A stretch of DNA of 53,958 bases from a virus (taxonomy: Duplodnaviria; Caudoviricetes), in the IMG/VR virus record IMGVR_UViG_3300037313_000066, positions 1 through 53,958 of that record. One strand, 5' to 3'. The notes beneath the pieces were generated by a model, which saw only the letters and a program-made list of their open reading frames with translations, ran no database searches and had not been told where the DNA came from. The stretch's first letter is position 1, and each line of letters starts with the position of its first letter. Position numbers and translations under genes: made by a program. Below, in pieces: positions 16,922-26,067 of the stretch.

Positions 16922-18529
16922 CTAGACCGGATTCTCGAAGTCGTCCTGCCGCTGCACCAGCCGCGCTCGAACGTCCTTGGGAATGCGCAGGCTCATGCGG
17001 ACCTCGGGGGAGCGCTGGCGAGGGATCTTCGTGCGAGTGATGATGCAGGTGATCCCAGCCTTCCTCAGGTCGTCGGCCATCTGATCCATACCGCCCTCCT
17101 CCCAGTGCTCACGGAACGTCCTGCCCGACTCCACATACACCCACCGATCCTCAGTGGTCTCAGGGTCGATCGCTTCGAGTTCCGCGATAGCCGCGTCGAG
17201 CGCAGCCTCGGCCTGCTGCTCCGAGAACTTCGTCTTCGTGAGCCGGCCACCCGGCTCCAGCCCGGTCATGTAGTAGTTGATCCGGTCCTGGAGCTCCTTC
17301 ACCTTCTGGCGCATCTCCTCGCCACGGGCGTACTCCCTCGACTCCACGGGCATGTCGCCCACGACCCTCAGCACGTCCTCCACGAGCCGCTCGTAGATCT
17401 GTCCAGGGTTCGGTGCACCTAGACCCCCTGAGGGGCACGTCTGGCAGCGCAGGTGCTCGTAGACGAGCGTCTCCTTATTGCCGCGCTTCTCGTTGGGCGG
17501 ATACGTCGTCCGCTTCACGGTCATGTTCGAGCCGCACTCCGAGCACTTCAGCACTCCGAGGAACTTGGTCGCCTTCTGGTTGACCGGCCTACCGGGCTGT
17601 TTCTTCTCCCTCTTCTTTAGCTCGGCCTGAATCTCGTCGAACTCGGCCTGACTGAAGATCTCTGGCCCAACCCTGATCGGCTCCAGCGAGTCGTTCAGCA
17701 CGAGCACCGAGCGTCGGAAGTCATTCACCCCATCGCCCTTATTCTCCTCGGTCCGATAACCGAGCAGGCCGGGATTCGAGAGCCGCCGCTTCAGGGTTGC
17801 CACCGTCAGGCCCTTCGACATCAACTCACCCTCCTTCAACTGCTTCGCAATAGAGGTGAGCGAGTCGCCATCCTTTAGCCGATCGCGTGCGAACTTCAGC
17901 GCCTCGACCTCAGGCTCGTTGTGGACCAGGGTCTTCTTGCCCTCTTCAGTCCGGTGCACCTTGTAGCCATAGGGCGGCTTGCCGACAATCCACTCCTCTT
18001 GCCCCTTGGCGTAGGACCAGAGCGAGAGCACACGGGTCTTCGTGTTGGCCGACTCGATCTCAGCCACACCACCGATGAAGGTGACCATGATCTTGCCCAT
18101 CGTGGTCGTCAGGTCGATGGGGTCGTTCTTGGCGATGAGGTTCTTCGAGTAGGTCTCGCACCACCGGATCATCACGGCGAGGTCGGTGATGTTGCGGATG
18201 AAGCGGTCGAGCTTCCAGAAGAAGAGGGCATCGAACTCGGGCGCTCGGTTGTTCAGCCAGTGGCCGAGGCTCTTGCGCTTCCAGGGCGGGACCTTGGTGG
18301 CCGACACGTTCAGGTCGCTCGCCACCCCGACGACACGATGCCCCTTGTCGAGCGCGAGCTGGCGAAGGTCGAGCTCCTGCCGCACGGGCGAAGTAGTGTC
18401 GTCGTTGAAGACAGACAGCCTGACCGACAGCAGCGCACGCGGTGCATCGGCAGGCAGAAGGTCGTTGGCCTCTTCGAGGCGCTTTAGGTAGGCGAGGTCG
18501 ATCTCGCTCCACTCCAGCGTGGTGTCCAT
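16922..18529 (-). CDS. int: Large serine integrase
   Basis: Catalytic domain VRLS...SPVRQ, DLNVSA, KLDRFIR; recombinase domain (GKPPYGY); Zn ribbon CSECG...CQTC; coiled coil. Confidence 0.95.
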   Translation of the reverse strand: MDTTLEWSEIDLAYLKRLEEANDLLPADAPRALLSVRLSVFNDDTTSPVRQELDLRQLALDKGHRVVGVASDLNVSATKVPPWKRKSLGHWLNNRAPEFDALFFWKLDRFIRNITDLAVMIRWCETYSKNLIAKNDPIDLTTTMGKIMVTFIGGVAEIESANTKTRVLSLWSYAKGQEEWIVGKPPYGYKVHRTEEGKKTLVHNEPEVEALKFARDRLKDGDSLTSIAKQLKEGELMSKGLTVATLKRRLSNPGLLGYRTEENKGDGVNDFRRSVLVLNDSLEPIRVGPEIFSQAEFDEIQAELKKREKKQPGRPVNQKATKFLGVLKCSECGSNMTVKRTTYPPNEKRGNKETLVYEHLRCQTCPSGGLGAPNPGQIYERLVEDVLRVVGDMPVESREYARGEEMRQKVKELQDRINYYMTGLEPGGRLTKTKFSEQQAEAALDAAIAELEAIDPETTEDRWVYVESGRTFREHWEEGGMDQMADDLRKAGITCIITRTKIPRQRSPEVRMSLRIPKDVRARLVQRQDDFENPV

Positions 18530-18541
18530 ACGAGAGAGTGT

Positions 18542-18587
18542 ATCTGCATAATGTCCCATCTGCCCCGAGATGGGAAGTTTCACAGAT
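18542..18587. other. Putative attP
   Basis: 20-bp imperfect inverted arms (15/20; TCCCATCT/AGATGGGA core) around GCCCCG, immediately upstream of int. Confidence 0.7.
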
Positions 18588-18655
18588 CTAGCAGTTGACC
18601 GCCGCACGCTCCCGATCTCCCCGATCAACGTCATGTACGCACCGGGGGAGGAGCC

Positions 18656-18856
18656 GTGAGCAGCGGCTGGGAGTACGAGCGTCTGCTCAGAGAGCTCTCC
18701 CGCTACAGCGAGGAGGATCTGCTCCGACTGCTGGAGTTGATCGCCACTCCACGGTGCACCCCCACGCCCCCACAGCAGCGCAGGAGTGCACCCAGGAAGC
18801 CCGCGCCTGCTCGTAGGCAGGCTGTCATCACGTCCGAGGTTCAGTGGATCGCTTAG
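18656..18856 (+). CDS. Small protein divergent from int
   Basis: Strong RBS GGAGGAG before GTG; helical N-terminus, basic tail. Confidence 0.5.
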   Translation: MSSGWEYERLLRELSRYSEEDLLRLLELIATPRCTPTPPQQRRSAPRKPAPARRQAVITSEVQWIA

Positions 18857-19050
18857 GTCACCTTGCGAGGCTTGGCACTAGGACGCCGGCCTACTTCGAG
18901 GAACAGGTCGACAGCCTTCGTGACCTTCTCCCAGCACTTCTCGCAAGCCTCCACGAGGACGGCCTTGCGGTCGATGGTGAGAGCGTGAGTCTCGGCCTCC
19001 TCAGAGCCGCACTTATCGCAAACCAGGGTGATCTCAGTCCGAGTTGCCAT
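18853..19050 (-). CDS. Lsr2 N-terminal (dimerisation)-like protein with Cys ligands
   Basis: MATRTEITLVCDKC...IDRKAVLVEACEKC...GRR; similar to 31948..32193. Confidence 0.65.
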   Translation of the reverse strand: MATRTEITLVCDKCGSEEAETHALTIDRKAVLVEACEKCWEKVTKAVDLFLEVGRRPSAKPRKVT

Positions 19051-19069
19051 AACCAGACCATAACGAAAG

Positions 19070-19105
19070 AAAGCCCCCCACCCACGAATGGGTGAGGGGC
19101 TCTTT
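19070..19105. terminator. Intrinsic terminator
   Basis: AGCCCC-C-CACCCA CGAA TGGGTG-A-GGGGCT with A/T-rich flanks. Confidence 0.75.
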
Positions 19106-19190
19106 GTGTTTCAGGGCTTGTTCTTGCGCTCGACGCAGGCTCCGATGATTACGGAGCCGAGGATGACGCATCCGAAGATTCCGCAGAGGA

Positions 19191-19454
19191 TCATCGCTTC
19201 GCCTCCCGGAATCGACCATGGGGTCCGAAGCCGGTGATGAGAACGCTGTGGCTATAGGTGCTCCAGATCTCTGAGGCTTTCGGATTCCGCATCCATCCCT
19301 CAATGAAGAGGACGTTCATATGCTCGGGCCTCAGGCCCTCCAGCTCGCGACTGCTGGTCACGAATCGGTAGTTGTAGATCTCGTGGTCGTGCGCGTACTG
19401 CTGGGCTTCGTTCTGCGTGGCCGCAACGATCCGAGTGGGAACCGGGAGGCTCAC
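19191..19454 (-). CDS. Hypothetical protein
   Basis: GTG start overlapping upstream stop. Confidence 0.65.
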   Translation of the reverse strand: MSLPVPTRIVAATQNEAQQYAHDHEIYNYRFVTSSRELEGLRPEHMNVLFIEGWMRNPKASEIWSTYSHSVLITGFGPHGRFREAKR

Positions 19455-19639
19455 TTCTGGCCTCCCTCGAAGTACGAGATGCATCGGGCGGGAACGCTGC
19501 GCATCGACCAGTCGGCGTAATACGAGCACGACCGCTCGCTTCGGTGGCCGGACATTCCGATCGCTGCGATCAGGAAGATGAACAGGACCAGTCCGAGAAT
19601 CGCCGCAAGGAACTGCACGAACACGCTGAAGGTCCTCAT
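19451..19639 (-). CDS. Single-TM protein with C-x14-C tail
   Basis: RBS GAGGAGG; CSYYADWSMRSVPARC. Confidence 0.7.
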   Translation of the reverse strand: MRTFSVFVQFLAAILGLVLFIFLIAAIGMSGHRSERSCSYYADWSMRSVPARCISYFEGGQK

Positions 19640-20379
19640 GCTGCCTCCTCGATCGGAATGTCCTGCACGCTGTTCGGGCAGATCACCGACAGGTGGTCGA
19701 GCACGATCTTGGCGAACTCCTGGATCTCGCGATCGGCAGCCGGGTCGTTCCGCTTCTCGATGACCTCTCGCCATCCACGGATGTCGGCGGTGGTCACGAA
19801 GTCGACCGGAGTGCTGTTCGGCAAGAATGCGCGAGCGGCTTCTCGGGCCTGCTTCACCGGGTAGCCGAGGTTGCGGGCCTGTGCGTAGGCGTAGTCGTAG
19901 TTCTCCAGCGCCACCTTGTAGAATTCCCAGAGACGCCGCTCCAGCTCGTCGCCCATGAGGCCGGCCTTCGCGTCCCTGAACAGTGCAGGGGTCACGGGAT
20001 AGGGGTGATGCTGGCTCGTGCTGACGTAGCGCTGGCTCTCTACCGAGAACGACAGGTGCGAGTTGCGACCATGGCGCTCCAGCTCCAGCAGCAGCGAGCG
20101 GCTCACGTCCTCGACGTAGAACGAGACCTGACCGTGCTCAAGGATCGAGAAGTGCTTCACGTCCTCGATGTGCTCCAGGTATCCCTGGTTGGTGGCCGTA
20201 GCCGGGTTCGGCTTGTCCCAGCTCTTGTAGCAGGCCCTGCCGGCGAACTCGTGCAGCGCGTCGATCTCGCTCACCGCACCGCCGTACATGGCGTCGTTCA
20301 TGTCAGCGCCGGTCTCGGTGTCGATCAGGCTGAATGGGACCGCGTGAATCACGGTCGAAGCGATTGGGGTGACCCTCAT
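19636..20379 (-). CDS. thyX: Flavin-dependent thymidylate synthase
   Basis: EFAGRACYKS, HFSILEH, RH...SFSVESQRY, REAARAFLPN, ADREIQ. Confidence 0.93.
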   Translation of the reverse strand: MRVTPIASTVIHAVPFSLIDTETGADMNDAMYGGAVSEIDALHEFAGRACYKSWDKPNPATATNQGYLEHIEDVKHFSILEHGQVSFYVEDVSRSLLLELERHGRNSHLSFSVESQRYVSTSQHHPYPVTPALFRDAKAGLMGDELERRLWEFYKVALENYDYAYAQARNLGYPVKQAREAARAFLPNSTPVDFVTTADIRGWREVIEKRNDPAADREIQEFAKIVLDHLSVICPNSVQDIPIEEAA

Positions 20380-20470
20380 TGAATCTCCTCTCCTAAGGGG
20401 TGGCAGGGGTGAACCGGAGTAGTTGTCCACCCCTGCCGTGAAAGGCCGCGTATGGCCCGTTCTGCGCGGC

Positions 20471-22141
20471 TCAGATGCCGCAGACGCCGTTCACACAGCT
20501 CTGATCGAGCCCGATCTCCTCGAACTCCAGACCCTCGAACTCGGCAGCCTCGGCGTAGTCGACGACGTTGAGCGGCTGACCGCCTCGTGCGCCATCGGGA
20601 TAGGCCGTGATGCCTCGGATGGACGGCAGGTAGTCGTAGAGCACCTTGCCGAACTCCTCAGCCGTGAACGGCTGCTCCTCGAATCGGGGCAGGTTGATCG
20701 TCGAGCTGATCGCGTGGTCGGTGTACTGCTGGACGAACGCCTGCATCGCCAGCCGTCGAGCCGGGTCGAAGGCGAGGTCGTACGCCGTCTCCAGTTCATC
20801 CGGCTCCAGGTCGTGCTTCTCGATCAACCGCTGCGCGGTTGCGTCGATCACGTACTGGTACTTCCAGACCGACTCGTCGATGTAGCGGCGCTTGAAGGCC
20901 ACGGCGAACAGGGGCTCGATGCCAGTGGTCGTCTCCGCGATGATCCCGATGGTTCCGGTCGGGGCTACCGCCCGCTTCTTCACCGGGATGGTGATGTTGA
21001 GCAGCATCGCGTAGTAGAAGGCAGCGTCGTCGCTCTCCTTCTCCCAGATCTCCAGCCACTCACCGAGCTCGTTGTTCGGCTCGTATCTGTAGCCACGGGC
21101 CACGAGCCACTCGTAGACGCCCATCACCCCGAGGCCGAGGCGACGGTTGACCATGCGGGTCTTCAGCACCTCCTTGTGAGGTACCTCGGAGACCAGCGTC
21201 GAGCAGAGCAGGAACAGGGTTCCCAGCTCGGTCACCTCACGCATCCGAGCAGGGGTCTCGATCCGAGCGAGGTTGATCGAGCCGAGGCAGCACACGTCGC
21301 TGTCGTCCTCGGACGTGATCTCGCAGCAGGGGTTACGCAGGTTCTCGTACTTGTTCTCACCGAGGTCGACGGAGAACCCCGGCTCGCCGGTCTGGAGCAT
21401 CTTCTGGACGGCGATGTCGTAGACCTTCTTGGCCCATGCGTGCGTCACCTCGTGAGCAGCGACGACCTCAGCCTTCTCGTTGACCCACTTGTAGATCTTG
21501 TGGAACTTCGGGTCCTCCATGGCCTCGAAGAACTCGTCGTCGAGGATCACGCTGATGTTCGTCATGTCCATCGGAGCGAACGCCGAGAAGTTCTCGTTCT
21601 TCGCCTCGACCGTGCGCTCGTCCCAGTCCTTCAGCTCCATGAACTCCAGCACGTCGGGGTGGTACCAGTGCAGGCCGGCCCAGATCGCCATGCGACGACC
21701 ACCGCCGTTGACGACCGCACGCCCCACCTCGTTGAAGCCCTGCATGAACGCACACGGCCCGGTGCTCTTGCCGTTGTTCTTCACCGAGGCACCTCGCGGT
21801 CGCAGGTCGGTCCACACCGCACCCACGCCACCGCCAGTCATCCCGGTGACCATGCCCTTGCGGAAGAAGTCCGCGATGCCTTCCTTGCTGTCCTCCACCC
21901 GGTAGAGGAAGCAGTTGTTCAGGAAGTTCGAGTGCCCAGCGTTGGCGAGCTGTCGACCACCAGGGAGGAACTCCCGGTTCGAGATCGCAGCAGCGATGGC
22001 CGCAACCTTGTCGGGGAAGTACGGGCCGACCACGGCCTCGGCAACGCGCTGCGCCACGTCGTCCCACGTCTTCTCGTCGCCACGCAGGTACTTGTTTCCG
22101 AGCACCGTCTTGGCGAACGTGCTCATCTCACTGTCAGTCAT
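20471..22141 (-). CDS. nrdJ: Class II (B12-dependent) ribonucleotide reductase
   Basis: FLPGGR, NNCF, NPCCE, RRLGLG, APTGT, C-terminal CVNGVC; no small-subunit gene. Confidence 0.9.
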   Translation of the reverse strand: MTDSEMSTFAKTVLGNKYLRGDEKTWDDVAQRVAEAVVGPYFPDKVAAIAAAISNREFLPGGRQLANAGHSNFLNNCFLYRVEDSKEGIADFFRKGMVTGMTGGGVGAVWTDLRPRGASVKNNGKSTGPCAFMQGFNEVGRAVVNGGGRRMAIWAGLHWYHPDVLEFMELKDWDERTVEAKNENFSAFAPMDMTNISVILDDEFFEAMEDPKFHKIYKWVNEKAEVVAAHEVTHAWAKKVYDIAVQKMLQTGEPGFSVDLGENKYENLRNPCCEITSEDDSDVCCLGSINLARIETPARMREVTELGTLFLLCSTLVSEVPHKEVLKTRMVNRRLGLGVMGVYEWLVARGYRYEPNNELGEWLEIWEKESDDAAFYYAMLLNITIPVKKRAVAPTGTIGIIAETTTGIEPLFAVAFKRRYIDESVWKYQYVIDATAQRLIEKHDLEPDELETAYDLAFDPARRLAMQAFVQQYTDHAISSTINLPRFEEQPFTAEEFGKVLYDYLPSIRGITAYPDGARGGQPLNVVDYAEAAEFEGLEFEEIGLDQSCVNGVCGI

Positions 22142-22388
22142 TCGTTCCTTCCAGGAGGTCGAGCAGCGTGAGCTCGTACTCCCCTCCGTGCTTGTCGACG
22201 ACCACTCGCTTGGGCGCGTCGGGGTGGATGAGGTGGTCCAGCAGGTCGTTGATCTGGCGGTGGGCCTTGTCCCAGGGGGACTCCCACTTCTCGGTGCCGA
22301 TGACCTGATGGCACTTCTTGGCGTTGTCGTTCAGATGGCCGATGGCCTCTTCGATCTCGCAGCGCGTGGTCTTCGCGGTGACCTTCAC
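22134..22388 (-). CDS. Hypothetical protein
   Basis: Coupled GTG start. Confidence 0.6.
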   Translation of the reverse strand: MKVTAKTTRCEIEEAIGHLNDNAKKCHQVIGTEKWESPWDKAHRQINDLLDHLIHPDAPKRVVVDKHGGEYELTLLDLLEGTND

Positions 22389-22621
22389 GAGGCACGCTCC
22401 GCAATCAGCGCGGCGAGGAAGTCCTCGAAGGTCGCTGGGACCGAGCCACGCTTGCCCCAGCCGCGCTCGTCCCACATCGCCTGGTCTTCGCCGGCTCGAT
22501 ATCCCGCCTCATATGCCTCGCGAAGGAGGCCGACGAAGTGCGCGTCGATAGCGGCACGGATCTCGGTGACAGCCCGGTAGGTGAGCGTCTCGTGGTCGAA
22601 CTCCAGCGTCGTGCCGTTCAC
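22385..22621 (-). CDS. Hypothetical protein
   Basis: Coupled GTG start; AYEAGY motif. Confidence 0.6.
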   Translation of the reverse strand: MNGTTLEFDHETLTYRAVTEIRAAIDAHFVGLLREAYEAGYRAGEDQAMWDERGWGKRGSVPATFEDFLAALIAERAS

Positions 22622-23334
22622 GCGAGCCGCTCCTCGCCGTACCAGTAGCCCCCGTTCAGGCGGGCGACGATCTTGCCGATGGCCGTCTCGATCCGCTGGG
22701 TGATCGCTTGGCGGCTGCACTCCTGGTTGAAGGCGATGTCCTTGTGCGTCCAACCGAGGCCGTACGCGAGGATCAGAGCTCGGCGCTCCTTGATCGTGAG
22801 CGGCGTCTTCTCCCAGCCCGTCTTGATGTCCGCGATGTACGCCGACAGGCTGTTGCCACGAGCCTTGTTCGTGCTGCCCTTCGGCATGTCGGGGTCGGGA
22901 GCGTCGTCACGCTGGGGGAGTCCGTAGACGTAGGACTCGTCCCACACAGCCGGAAGCAGCGTCTCGACGCTCTCGCGGCTGTAGTCGTTGCTCGCCGTCT
23001 CGATCACGACGTAGGGCGAGATGAACCCGCTCTCGTCGGCGTTGTCCACCAGCTCGTCGTACGAGACCGTCTGCCGCGCCTGCTTCGCCCGAGGCAGAAG
23101 CCAGTCGCCAAGGTCCCGCTCCAGACGGTGCTGGAGCAGACCCGGCTCGCCCATACGGGCGGCTTCCTGGAGGTCAGCCTTGGTGGCAACCATGATGGTC
23201 GCCTCCTGGATCAGATCCTCCAGGTCGATCACGTTCTCGTACTGCTTGTGGGCACGCTTGGCTGCCTGTCGGATGACCGACTGCACCTTGGGGAGATCGA
23301 GGACCGCCCAGTCTACAGTGCACACGTCAGACAA
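22618..23334 (-). CDS. Sigma-factor-like HTH DNA-binding protein
   Basis: Region 2-like EDLIQEA; region 4-like ERRALILAYGLGWTHKDIA...SRQAI. Confidence 0.82.
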   Translation of the reverse strand: MSDVCTVDWAVLDLPKVQSVIRQAAKRAHKQYENVIDLEDLIQEATIMVATKADLQEAARMGEPGLLQHRLERDLGDWLLPRAKQARQTVSYDELVDNADESGFISPYVVIETASNDYSRESVETLLPAVWDESYVYGLPQRDDAPDPDMPKGSTNKARGNSLSAYIADIKTGWEKTPLTIKERRALILAYGLGWTHKDIAFNQECSRQAITQRIETAIGKIVARLNGGYWYGEERLA

Positions 23335-24082
23335 CGGTCACCTCCGCAGCGCTGATCGAGGTGTTGCCCCGGAACCACGAGCGGCAGCCGTTGCAGAAGA
23401 AGCGGCGGTAGGCCCGCGTCTTGTTCCGCTGGATGCCACGGCTCTGGAAGTCAGTGCCGCCGCAGTTCGGGCACACGCGCTCGTCGGTGTCCATGTAGAG
23501 CGACGCGCTCGGCAGGTTCTTCACCTTGTGGCGCAGCAGGGGGAAGGCGTCCTTGAGGAGCTTCACGTCCTGCTTGTTGTAGCGCTCCATGTGGCGCTGA
23601 GCCTTGGGCTCGCCGGCCATCACATCGAGCCAGAGCTGGAAGCCGTCGTGCGGGAGCTTGCCCGAGAGTTCGAGCTGCTCCGCGAGGTAGCCCAGCTTCA
23701 TGCTCGGCCACACGCCCCGCTGCTCCCGCTTCATCACGGCGAACAGGTCGACCGAGACGAACGGCGAGGGGGAGGGAAGGCCCATCAGGGTGAACGCACG
23801 CTGGAGGTGGGGCTCATCGAACTTACGTCCGTTGTACGTGACCAGCACGTCGGCCTCGTTGAGCAGACTCCATGCGGCCTCGACCATCCCGGTGAAGCCG
23901 TTCTCCCACTCGGAGAAGAACTGGATCTTCTTCTCGCTGTCCCACGACGCTGCGAAGCACAGCAGGCCACCGGGCTCGACGACCTGGATGGGAGAGATGT
24001 TCTCCTGCCAGAACCGCCAGTGGTAGCTCAGCGAGGGGCGGGTCTCGATGTCGAGGTAGAGGATCTTGCGCGGGTCGCTCAT
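23327..24082 (-). CDS. DEDDy/RNase H-like 3'-5' exonuclease with C-terminal Zn ribbon
   Basis: LDIET, TYNGRKFD, YNKQD; CPNC...CNGC. Confidence 0.85.
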   Translation of the reverse strand: MSDPRKILYLDIETRPSLSYHWRFWQENISPIQVVEPGGLLCFAASWDSEKKIQFFSEWENGFTGMVEAAWSLLNEADVLVTYNGRKFDEPHLQRAFTLMGLPSPSPFVSVDLFAVMKREQRGVWPSMKLGYLAEQLELSGKLPHDGFQLWLDVMAGEPKAQRHMERYNKQDVKLLKDAFPLLRHKVKNLPSASLYMDTDERVCPNCGGTDFQSRGIQRNKTRAYRRFFCNGCRSWFRGNTSISAAEVTVV

Positions 24083-24513
24083 GCAGCCTCGATCTCTTCG
24101 TCGTACGCCTGCGGCGGCTCGATCACGTCGATGTTCAGGCCGAAGGAGTAGTACGGGTAGTTGCCCTCGCTCCACGCGACATCGAGGCTGAGCACCTGAT
24201 GCATGTCGGCCAGGACGTACCACGTCGAGCAGTCGTCATTGGCGGTGACCGAGGTGATGATGTGGTCGATGTTGGAAGGGTCGAGCAGGAAGGCAGCGAC
24301 CTCGCCGTACGCACAGCAGTCACTGGTGTCGTTGAGGTGAACCTGCTTGCCGCTGTCCAGGGTGATGACGAGGGTCTCGTACGTGCCACCCCACCAGCTC
24401 TTGACCTGAGTGCGCTCGGCACTCACGATCTTGTGGCCGACGACGGCATCCGCCAGCTCCGCGACCTGACCGCGAACCTCCTCGGTCGCAGCGTCTTCGC
24501 TGTACTCACTCAC
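24079..24513 (-). CDS. Hypothetical protein (DCCA motif)
   Basis: ORF with coupled start and stop. Confidence 0.75.
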   Translation of the reverse strand: MSEYSEDAATEEVRGQVAELADAVVGHKIVSAERTQVKSWWGGTYETLVITLDSGKQVHLNDTSDCCAYGEVAAFLLDPSNIDHIITSVTANDDCSTWYVLADMHQVLSLDVAWSEGNYPYYSFGLNIDVIEPPQAYDEEIEAA

Positions 24514-24926
24514 TCGCTCACCGCCACGAGGTCGCCCTCACCGTCGTCGCCGTCGATCTCGACGGGACCGTCAGGGTTCTCGGGCGTGAGCTGACCGCCG
24601 CGAAGGTCGATGGACTCAGCCTCAGCCAGCGCCACCGCAGCGACCTGGACGAGCTCGTACTGGCGCTTGGCCGGGTCGATCTCGGAGAGGGCCTCGTAGA
24701 CCTCCTCCAGCAGGACCGTGGCCCAGGTGATGGAGTCGGTCGACTTCTGCGCGTCCCAGATCTCCTTGTAGAGGTTGGCACGTCGCTCGTAGGAGCGGCG
24801 CTCGCTCTCACCGAAGTACGACGGGTGCGTCTGCACGCCCCAGTTCTTCAGGTGAGACTCGCGCTCGTCACGCACTCGCGCCAGCAGCGCGTCGACAGCG
24901 CTCAGGTCGGTCTTCTTCTCAGGCAT
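24510..24926 (-). CDS. MazG-like NTP pyrophosphohydrolase
   Basis: LLEEVYEAL...ELVQVAAVA. Confidence 0.78.
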   Translation of the reverse strand: MPEKKTDLSAVDALLARVRDERESHLKNWGVQTHPSYFGESERRSYERRANLYKEIWDAQKSTDSITWATVLLEEVYEALSEIDPAKRQYELVQVAAVALAEAESIDLRGGQLTPENPDGPVEIDGDDGEGDLVAVSE

Positions 24927-25173
24927 TGCTCTCCTTGTTCATGTTCTTGTTCCGGTGAATCACCGAGAAGCTCTCGAAGTCGGTCACTGTGAGCTGGTAC
25001 TTCATGGGCCTCGGGAGGAAGCGGTCCGCGTGGTAGTACGGATAGATCTCGTACTCGTCGGCCTCGGCGTCGATGACGGCGAACTGCGCATTGGGGATGA
25101 CGAGCTTGGTGCTCGAACCATCCGCGTTGTGCGTCTTGATCTCGACGCTCACGTTGCTCATTCCGTACTTCAC
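24919..25173 (-). CDS. Hypothetical protein
   Basis: ORF overlapping neighbours. Confidence 0.65.
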   Translation of the reverse strand: MKYGMSNVSVEIKTHNADGSSTKLVIPNAQFAVIDAEADEYEIYPYYHADRFLPRPMKYQLTVTDFESFSVIHRNKNMNKESNA

Positions 25174-25814
25174 GACGCGGCCTCCCAGAGCTCGTGGATG
25201 GCAGCCTCGCCACCGTCCAGGTAGGTGTCCGTCACGTCGCCGTGTCTAAGGTTCACACTGCGACCGGACCGAGGGAGCCGGTTCAGGATCTTGGTCGTGA
25301 ACTCCGCGCCCGCTGCGTCGGGATCTCCCCAGACGAACACCTTGTTGAAGCCGGCCAGCATCCGACCGTGGTGACCACGGAAGGTGTTGGCACCAGGGAA
25401 GGCGATCGCAGGAAGCCCGCACTGGTTGAGGATCATGGCGTCGAACTCGCCCTCGGCCACGTGGATCTCGTCGTGGGCATCGTGGATCGCATCCACGTTG
25501 AAGACCCGCAGCGCCTCTCCTGACGGCTGCATGTACTTCGGCCCGTGGCCCGAGATGTTCCTCGATCGCACCGTGAGCGGCTTGCCTCGGAGCAGGTACG
25601 GGATGGCGATGCCACCTCGCATCGGCTCGTGTGCCGGGATCGGATCAGCTACGACGCCAACGCGGAACGTACGGGCGGTTTCCGGTCGGATTCCCCGACC
25701 CTCGATGTACGCCGCCGCCTCGGGAGTAACGGCCCATTGGTAGCTCGTCACCGCCTCCTCCAGCGTCTGCATCTGCAAGTCCGTTAGAGGCTGCAAAGGT
25801 GCGTGCTCCGTCAA
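25170..25814 (-). CDS. DNA primase, catalytic TOPRIM subunit
   Basis: VAEGEFDA, GDPDAAG, DVTD; RBS AAGGAGG before TTG. Confidence 0.9.
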   Translation of the reverse strand: MTEHAPLQPLTDLQMQTLEEAVTSYQWAVTPEAAAYIEGRGIRPETARTFRVGVVADPIPAHEPMRGGIAIPYLLRGKPLTVRSRNISGHGPKYMQPSGEALRVFNVDAIHDAHDEIHVAEGEFDAMILNQCGLPAIAFPGANTFRGHHGRMLAGFNKVFVWGDPDAAGAEFTTKILNRLPRSGRSVNLRHGDVTDTYLDGGEAAIHELWEAAS

Positions 25815-26067
25815 AGTCCACCCCCTCCTTCTGCATGATGAGCGACCAAGCGTCACCGCCTGAGCCGCATGAGTGACAGTTCCAAACCTGCTTGTCGAGG
25901 TTCACCGAGCAGGACGGTGTTGAGATGTCGCCATGGATGGGGCAGCGGACCATCTGAGAGGTTCGCGGCTTGTAGTCCACGGCGTAGTGGTCGAGCAGGG
26001 ATTCGAGGCTGGGCTTGCTCTTGTCGCGCTCGAAGTCGCTCGGCGCTGCGAAGGAACGTCTAGCCAA
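25645..26067 (-). CDS. DNA primase, zinc-binding (CHC2) subunit
   Basis: CPIHGD...PSCSVN...WNCHSCGSGGD. Confidence 0.88.
   Translation of the reverse strand: MARRSFAAPSDFERDKSKPSLESLLDHYAVDYKPRTSQMVRCPIHGDISTPSCSVNLDKQVWNCHSCGSGGDAWSLIMQKEGVDFDGARTFAASNGLADADAGGGGDELPMGRYSRGGGVHRGSGNPTGNRPYVPRWRRS

Noticed and set aside
6065-22171. Long antisense ORFs (e.g. 6065-7603, 8503-10029, 13330-14883, 20423-22171)
   Set aside because: Shadow frames of real genes in high-GC DNA; no RBS or recognisable motifs
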